64,000 nt of DNA from Octopus vulgaris. Its lineage: Eukaryota. Position 1 is the first letter of the stretch. Each line of letters starts with the position of its first letter. The notes under the pieces were generated by a model. The model did not search any database. It was given only the letters and a program-made list of their open reading frames with translations, and was not told where the DNA came from. The translations under genes and the position numbers were made by a program. Of this stretch, positions 57,205-64,000 are shown in pieces. The stretch is taken from positions 93,868,001 to 93,932,000 of the forward strand of contig OX597820.1 in assembly GCA_951406725.2 (NCBI GenBank). The letters are read 5' to 3'.

Positions 57205-58340
57205 CGTATGTGACTGAGATAACAAAATAGATGAGTTGAGATAAAAAAAATATAGATGAACACTACAGAGGAGATAAACATGAGTGTGAGATATAGATGA
57301 GATATACACAGGGGTGAGAGATCCATCTAAGAATATGATATATACATGGCTGGGAATAACAACATAAACACGATATGCAGGGCTTTTGGTATAACAATAG
57401 AGAAGAAAGATAAATCGCTGTGAGATAACTTGACAAAAGTAAGATATATGATGTGAGATAATATAGATGTGATACATGGTTGTGAGATGTCAACACAGAA
57501 GAGAGATACATTGCTTTGTGATATGACAATTAGTTCTGGGTTCAGTCCCACTGCGTGACACCTCGGGCAAGTGTCTTCGGGCCGGCCAAAGCCTTGAGAG
57601 TGGATTTGGTAGATGGCAACTGAAAGAAGCCCGTTATATATATATATGTTAATGTGTGTGTGTATCTATGTGTCCCACCATCATTTGACAACTGATGTTA
57701 GTTTGTTTACGTCTTCGAAAGCTAGCGGTTCGGCAATAAGACCAATAGAATCGGTACCAGGCTTAGCACAAGAAAAAAACTACCGGGGTCGATACATTCG
57801 ACTGAAAGTTATTCAAGGCGGTGCTCCAGCATGGCCATAGTCTAGTGACTGAAACAGATAAAAGATAAAAACTGTGTGGAAACCCACCGAAGTTCGGTTC
57901 CTGGTCTTGGATGGAAAGATTAATCCATTATATGGTTTAGCACCATCAACTGGTCTTGGGTGCCTTTAAAGGGGTTCATTCTGATGTAAGAATTGTGACG
58001 CTGCCTCGGATTTGAGAATAATTTATTTCTACCATTCATAGAAGCCGTAAAATTTCTTGTAGATACTGTATTCCGTTTTAAATGATTAAAAAGAATAACA
58101 CATGGGACAGATATATGGTCGTGAGATAAGATTAACAAATATGGCATAAGATTTCACGAATGAACGATCAGTTTTTTAACGAGTGATATATGACTGTGAG
58201 ATAAACACTGATGATAAACTAAGATACACAAGGAGGAGAATAACTATGAGATATAATAATTGGGATTTACAAGGTTAAAATAATAACATAAATATGTGAT
58301 ACGTGACTGCGATAATATCACATGGCAGAGATAACGAAAC
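57205..58340 (+). repeat. degenerate ~30-bp minisatellite with TGTGAGATAA core, interrupted by SINE-A and unique sequence
   Basis: Repeated (CATGG)YTGTGAGATAA at 57205-57530 and again at 58100-58340. Confidence 0.55.
57530..57870 (+). mobile_element. SINE family A
   Basis: GGGTTCAGTCCCACTGCGTG...GGCGGTGCTCCAGCATGGCC...GACTGAAACAGATAAAAG. Confidence 0.85.
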
Positions 58341-58680
58341 AAATTTTAAATACTTTTGATTCAAAGAGATTATACGAGTATCGTAAAACAAGCCAACATA
58401 TGGAAAACAGCATTAAAATTTCATCATTAACCCCATTTTACATACAGTAGTAGCACTCCCTTCAATATTCAATGGGAACCAAGGCAAGAAATAACAGAAA
58501 TATAGCATAAACAACAACAATACAATAACAACAGCAATATAGTATAAACACTACATATGTTTTTTTGTGACTGGCTTTCTTGAAAGTGAATGCTAGGGAC
58601 ATGAAACGCTTTTGTCATATGCCAATGACATAAAAACAAGAAAAACACTAATGGAATACAAACTAAACACACACACACGC

Positions 58681-58751
<71 letters not shown>

Positions 58752-58754
58752 TCA

Positions 58755-58913
58755 CTTTTTCATTCTCTCAGTTTATTTTCTTTTATTCCATCCCGTTGAA
58801 GAGCGTAGGCTCGAAATGTAAAAGAGTTTTTTCCATTTTTCCGAGCGTCAAACTAATAAACCAGCTTGTTGTTCATACACCTTGTCGTCGTCTTTTGTTT
58901 TACTATAAATTTC

Positions 58914-58918
<5 letters not shown>
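58755..58918 (+). mobile_element. PLE-terminus-like repeat family F
   Basis: CCGTTGAAGAGC-GTAG-GCTCGAAATGT...CCGAGCGTCAAACTAATA; ends in (TA)n. Confidence 0.55.
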
Positions 58919-58944
<26 letters not shown>

Positions 58945-59022
58945 ACTAGAACTTAATTTATCGACCCCGAAAGGATGAAAGGCAAAGTCACCCTCGGCGG
59001 AATTTGAACTCAGAACATATAT

Positions 59023-59100
<78 letters not shown>

Positions 59101-59297
59101 CACTTACTTGGAAGACGATGCGTAGCGTTCAATCATATAATAATATAATATATATATATATGCACACACACACACACATATATATATATATAAGGTACTT
59201 ATGTACGTGAAAGTATTAGTAGCGCATATAATGCATGTAATATGAAGCGTTTATAGTGATAGATAGATAAATAGATAGATAGATACATACATACATA

Positions 59298-59720
59298 ATA
59301 GTGAAAAAATACCTACGCTGAACTATTGAGATTACAAGTTCAGGTTTAGACCTGTAATTATTGGGGCACTGAGATATGTAACACACTGCCTAAATACCAG
59401 TCTTGAGAGATGAGGCTTCTCAAAACCAGAAAGGAGAAGGCTGATTCGAAGAGTACAGATCCAAGTCATCCCTGGAACTGTAAAAATCTGTAAAACTTTT
59501 CTGAAGTTTATCATTCAAGTATGTATGAGCATGTCTAGACATGTATCTATATGCATGAGAATACATACATAAAACAAAGCATGCAAATCATCACGTATAC
59601 ATGCATACAAAAATACCCAGTTGATGTTGTTGAAATTCCAATGAAGGAGCCTTGGATATAGTTTAGAAACCGGCTCTTTCTTTACTGGCAAGAAATCTTG
59701 AAATAAAACTGAATAATGAC
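59298..59720 (+). mobile_element. R4/Dong-like (RLE-type) LINE, 3' fragment, inserted in (CATA)n
   Basis: Frames NTYAELLR / DYKFRFRPVIIGALRYVTHCL..LER*GF..RRLIRRVQIQVIPGTVKICKTFLKF resemble the C-terminus of the restriction-like endonuclease domain; CATA repeats on both sides. Confidence 0.75.
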
Positions 59721-59935
59721 ATGCATGCATACATGCATACATACATACATACACACATACATACATACATACATACATACATACATACATACATACATAC
59801 ATACATACATACAACAGAAGGGAAAACAAGGCTGCAGGAGAAATTTGAAAAATTTGAATAATTCGATGATGTAAAGATTTGAAACAAAGTCTGTTTTTAA
59901 TCATTAATATGAATATATGAATAAATTCAAATCGA

Positions 59936-60020
<85 letters not shown>

Positions 60021-60199
60021 TAAACGTACATACATGCATACTTGTTTGTGTGTGTGTGTGTGTAGGTAGACATAAGGGATGCTGAAAAGATTTTGGCTTT
60101 AAGAGCATCGCGAAAGGTCTGGCTGGATGCACAACCTTCCCAGTTCTTTTATAAGGCTTAAAATAACCGAAGGGCTGCTGTAATAAGTGTGTGAATGTG

Positions 60200-60492
60200 A
60201 GAGGGGAATTGAACTCAGAAGAAATGCTGCTAAACATTTTGTCCGGTGACCTAACAATTCTATTAGCTTATCGCCTTGAATTTTTCCTACAAACAAAACA
60301 CCTGAAATTTTTAGTGGGAGGGGTTTAGTCGATTACATCTACCCCAGTGCCCAACTAGTACTCATTTTATTGACCCCGAAATGATGGACTAAGTCGATTT
60401 TGGCAACGTTTGAACTCAGAACACAAAGCCGGACGAAATACTGCCAAGTATTTTGTCTGGCGTGCTAACGATTCTGCCAGCTGACTGCCTTT
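60200..60492 (-). mobile_element. SINE family B: one full copy plus a head fragment
   Basis: TTTCCTAC...CCTGAAATT...TGACCCCGAAATGATG...GATTCTGCCAGCT. Confidence 0.75.
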
Positions 60493-60499
60493 ATGATAA

Positions 60500-60975
60500 T
60501 AATCCTTTCCACTATAAAAACAAGGCCTGAATTTTTCGGGGAGGGAGCTAGTCGATTACGTCGATTCCAGTGCATAACCGGTACTTATTTCATCGGCGGT
60601 ACTTATTTCATAAGGCGGCGAGCTGGCAGAAACGTTTGAACTCTGGGCGAAATGCTTACCGGTATTTCGTCTGCCGTTACGTTCTGAGTTCAAATTCCGC
60701 CGAGGTCGACTTTGCCTTTCATCCTTTCGGGGTCGATTAAATAAGTACCAGTTACGCACTGGGGTCGATATAATCGACTTAATCTGTTTGTCTGTCCTTG
60801 TTTGTCCTCTCTGTAATTAGCCCCTTGTCGGTAGTAAAGAAATAGGTACTTATTTCATCGATAACGAACGGAATAAAGTCGACTTCGGTGGAATTTGAAC
60901 TCAGAATGTAAAAACAAGACGAAATTCCGCTAAGCATTTTGTCCGGCATGCTAATGACTGCCTGCTCGCCGCCTT
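60500..60975 (-). mobile_element. SINE family B (host of a nested insertion)
   Basis: Tail at 60500-60595 and body/head at 60845-60975, interrupted by a plus-strand copy. Confidence 0.8.
60612..60844 (+). mobile_element. SINE family B with Tx1-like tail, nested, 14-bp TSD
   Basis: Flanked by GGTACTTATTTCAT at 60598-60611 and 60845-60858. Confidence 0.9.
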
Positions 60976-61505
60976 TAGTAACCCAAGGGAAATCAGAGGC
61001 AGGGAAAACTAGTGATATAAAATCAATGTGCCGTGAGCTGATAATAATATAATATAATATATACTACAAATAGGCAGTGAGAGGAGAAAAGAAGACAAAG
61101 AAGAAGTAAGAGATAGAGAAAAAGAAACAGTATAAAGTCAAAACATTACGATCATGCTGCAATTGTTTCTTCATATTTAAGAATAAATTTAAAGGGAGAT
61201 AATTGTTTAAAAAGCAACGACTTACCCTAAGGCTGTATGTAAATATTTAGCATTACTTACCTACAAAGAAAAACAAAGAAATTCATTAAATAAGTTTGAA
61301 AAGACGAACTTAAAATATATATTTAAAGACATCAATACAACATAAATTTTAATTAACAAGAACTTTAAAAATTTATTTAATAATTATATTGAAAAATTAA
61401 TCAATTTGTTTGGTTGGTCGATTAATTAGCTGATTAGTTGAGATTAATTGAGACAGAGGAAGGCGAACAATCATGAAGCAGTTTATATATAAATATATAT
61501 ACATA

Positions 61506-61550
<45 letters not shown>

Positions 61551-61804
61551 AAGAAAGAAAGAAAGAAAGAGAGGTTTCTTACACCTAATGGAACCGATGC
61601 ATTTCTGGAAATTTTGCTGTAAAGTGGAGCTTTGTAATGTGAAGCCTATTTTCTCCATTGACTTCCATGTTACATGAAAGTTAAAGATCGCAGAAGCCAA
61701 AAGGAAATTGCTCTTCATATTACAGAACGTATCCTTAGGTTACGATTTTCGAAACCGCAACGCTTCCGTAACGCGAGAGATCAATATACATGCATAAATA
61801 CATA

Positions 61805-61854
<50 letters not shown>

Positions 61855-61868
61855 ATTAGATAAATAAT

Positions 61869-61942
<74 letters not shown>

Positions 61943-61966
61943 CTGTATGTTTCTTTCGCTCCATCA

Positions 61967-62063
61967 CTCTCTGTCTTCCCTTCTTTTCTCTCTCTTTCTC
62001 TTTAAAAACAGACCTATTTAATTAGGCCTGTTTTTAAAGAGAAAGAGAGAGAAAAAGAGGGGA

Positions 62064-62073
<10 letters not shown>
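61967..62073. repeat. ~50-bp-arm imperfect palindrome
   Basis: ...CTCTTTAAAAACAGACCTA-TTTAAT-TAGGCCTGTTTTTAAAGAG... Confidence 0.85.
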
Positions 62074-62100
<27 letters not shown>

Positions 62101-63289
62101 GAGAACATGTGTGTGTATGTTTGTAGCTGTGCATGTGTGTGTAAATCGTGTTGATACCTTTTATTAAAAACAGATTATATAAATGTGACAATAATATAGT
62201 CCAACACTCGTGTTTCATTATCTGTCGTTAAATTCCACGACTGGGTGGCGAGTTAGTTTCGATCTATGATCTGTACCAACTGAATGTCGATACAGCTTAT
62301 CAATAAATTAAAAGAACCCGCCCTGTTTTGAGAAACGGGCCACAATGAGATGTGGATCATCATCAAGCGGGCCGCACTACAAAAAGAATTAAAGGTAATT
62401 AATTGTTCGTTAGGCGTACCATTCAGAAAACCTTGTAGACTGCAATTTGCCTCTTGCTGGTCTAAAGGCACGTAACTTAATATTTCAAGGCATTTTTAAT
62501 GACAATGAAATAAGGAAGAGCGGCATCCGTTACCTGTTTAAGTGCTCTGCGGCTAATAAGAGAACTAGAGGAAGAACGTGATATCCCCAAACTGGAGACC
62601 TAGTTCGAATGCATGAAGGGTAGTAAATTCCGCTAAAGACATTTAAAGGCCAGTTAGTGGAGTGAAACAGAGTGACAGATTGGGTCTACGACCCATGTAC
62701 ACATCCAGGTATATGGCTAGATTACATACGGTTGGGTAGGAATGAGACGATTTGGATGCTGGTGTTTCGACACTTACAATCTGACACTAGGTACTCAACC
62801 GGCTTGAGCGATATTTTGGCACGGGAAAGAAACACACATACACGGGCGAGAGTAGAAATACGTACATACGGAGAAAGAGAGAGAGAGAGAGAGAGGGGGG
62901 AAAGAGAGTGGGAATGAGTGAAAGAGGATGTAGTAAAGAGAGGAAATCATTACAGGAAGGGAGAGAGAAAGAAAGCGAGAGGGTACGAGGAAAACATTAA
63001 AATGTCTAATGTAAAATAAGTCAGCGTCGACTCATCGATGCCAAATAAGAGGGGCCAAACGGCCGTGCTAAAACCTCTCTGACCAGTTAAGGTGGAAAAT
63101 ACTTTACAAATGTATCGCACAATCACAGTGAACTCGAAAACATTCCCAGATCCCTACTGATTCTGTTACTCAATACCTCTTCGTACAACATTATAGTCGT
63201 CTCTAGCAAGCGATTATGAGGCCCCTATGTAGACACGAGAAGCTATAGACATAATTTTTGTAATTCCTGCTCTTTACCCAGTTGGAGGG

Positions 63290-63640
63290 GAGAGAACTGT
63301 ACCAGCACTGGGCTGGTACTCAGTTTCAGCTGAGTTGACTTGAGCAACGTGAGATGAATTACCATGCTCAAGGGTTCAACGAGTCATTCCATCGAGGAAT
63401 TGAGCCCACGATCTTATCATCAAGGCACCGGCAGACTCACCAGTATGTCACATGTCTTCTAACAGCGGCAGAAAACCTGAAATTTGTGAGGTGAGGCTTT
63501 GTTGATTACATTGACCCGAGTACTTGACTGGTACGATATTTTACCGACCATGGAATAATAAAAGACGAAGTTAACGCCAGCATGATTTGAACATAGAACG
63601 TAAACAGCTCTAACCTATACACCTCCGAACCGATTCTCTT
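63290..63640 (-). mobile_element. adjacent degenerate SINE-D and SINE-B copies
   Basis: CAGCTGAGTTGACTTGAGCAACGTGA...; CCTGAAATTTG...GACTGGTAC...GATTTGAACATAGAACGTAAA. Confidence 0.6.
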
Positions 63641-64000
63641 ATATTTGTGCCAATGCAATAGTAATAAATAAGACTAAATATTGCTAGTTAGCTTAAAGTG
63701 AATTTATGATGCAATTATTTAAAGACAACGAACAACTGAACAATGGAAATGTAATTGGCGACTGCTAGAATAACTGTCAACTTTGTTGAAAATCCTGCCT
63801 ATTAAAGAATATTTATAGAGAATAGCGTATTCAATGATATTAAAATAATAAATAGATATTTCAAGCAAGCATTTTTATTGGTGGGTAGAAATATACAGTG
63901 GGAGAATAATCAGTCAAATCTCCGAGTTATTACGAGAACCGTACAAAGGAACTTACATCTTAAGGTTACAGAAAAGATGTTGGTTAACTTGTCAATATGA

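Overview
AT-rich eukaryotic (animal) genomic DNA saturated with microsatellites ((TA)n, (CA)n, (GA)n, (GATA)n, (CATA)n, (AAT)n, (CAT)n). The SINE families and repeat landscape look like an Octopus (coleoid cephalopod) genome; this is recognition from memory, not a database result. Nearly all ORFs in the supplied track are microsatellite artefacts. Supported content: four tRNA-headed SINE families (labelled A-D here) plus an older dispersed repeat; 3' fragments of three non-LTR retrotransposon clades (CR1-like, L1/Tx1-like, R4/Dong-like), each abutting a microsatellite; several small fold-back elements with hammerhead-ribozyme-like cores resembling Penelope-like element (PLE) termini; a 5S rRNA pseudogene; a ~4 kb purine-skewed degenerate satellite; and one plausible first coding exon on the minus strand (44449-44371), which would make much of the window intronic. 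The most interesting signals are two SINE/LINE shared-tail partnerships visible inside the window (SINE-B with Tx1, SINE-A with CR1), the hammerhead-bearing fold-back elements sitting in (TA)n tracts, and a ~350-bp tandem relic with repeated hammerhead-like cores. Boundaries of degenerate repeats are approximate.
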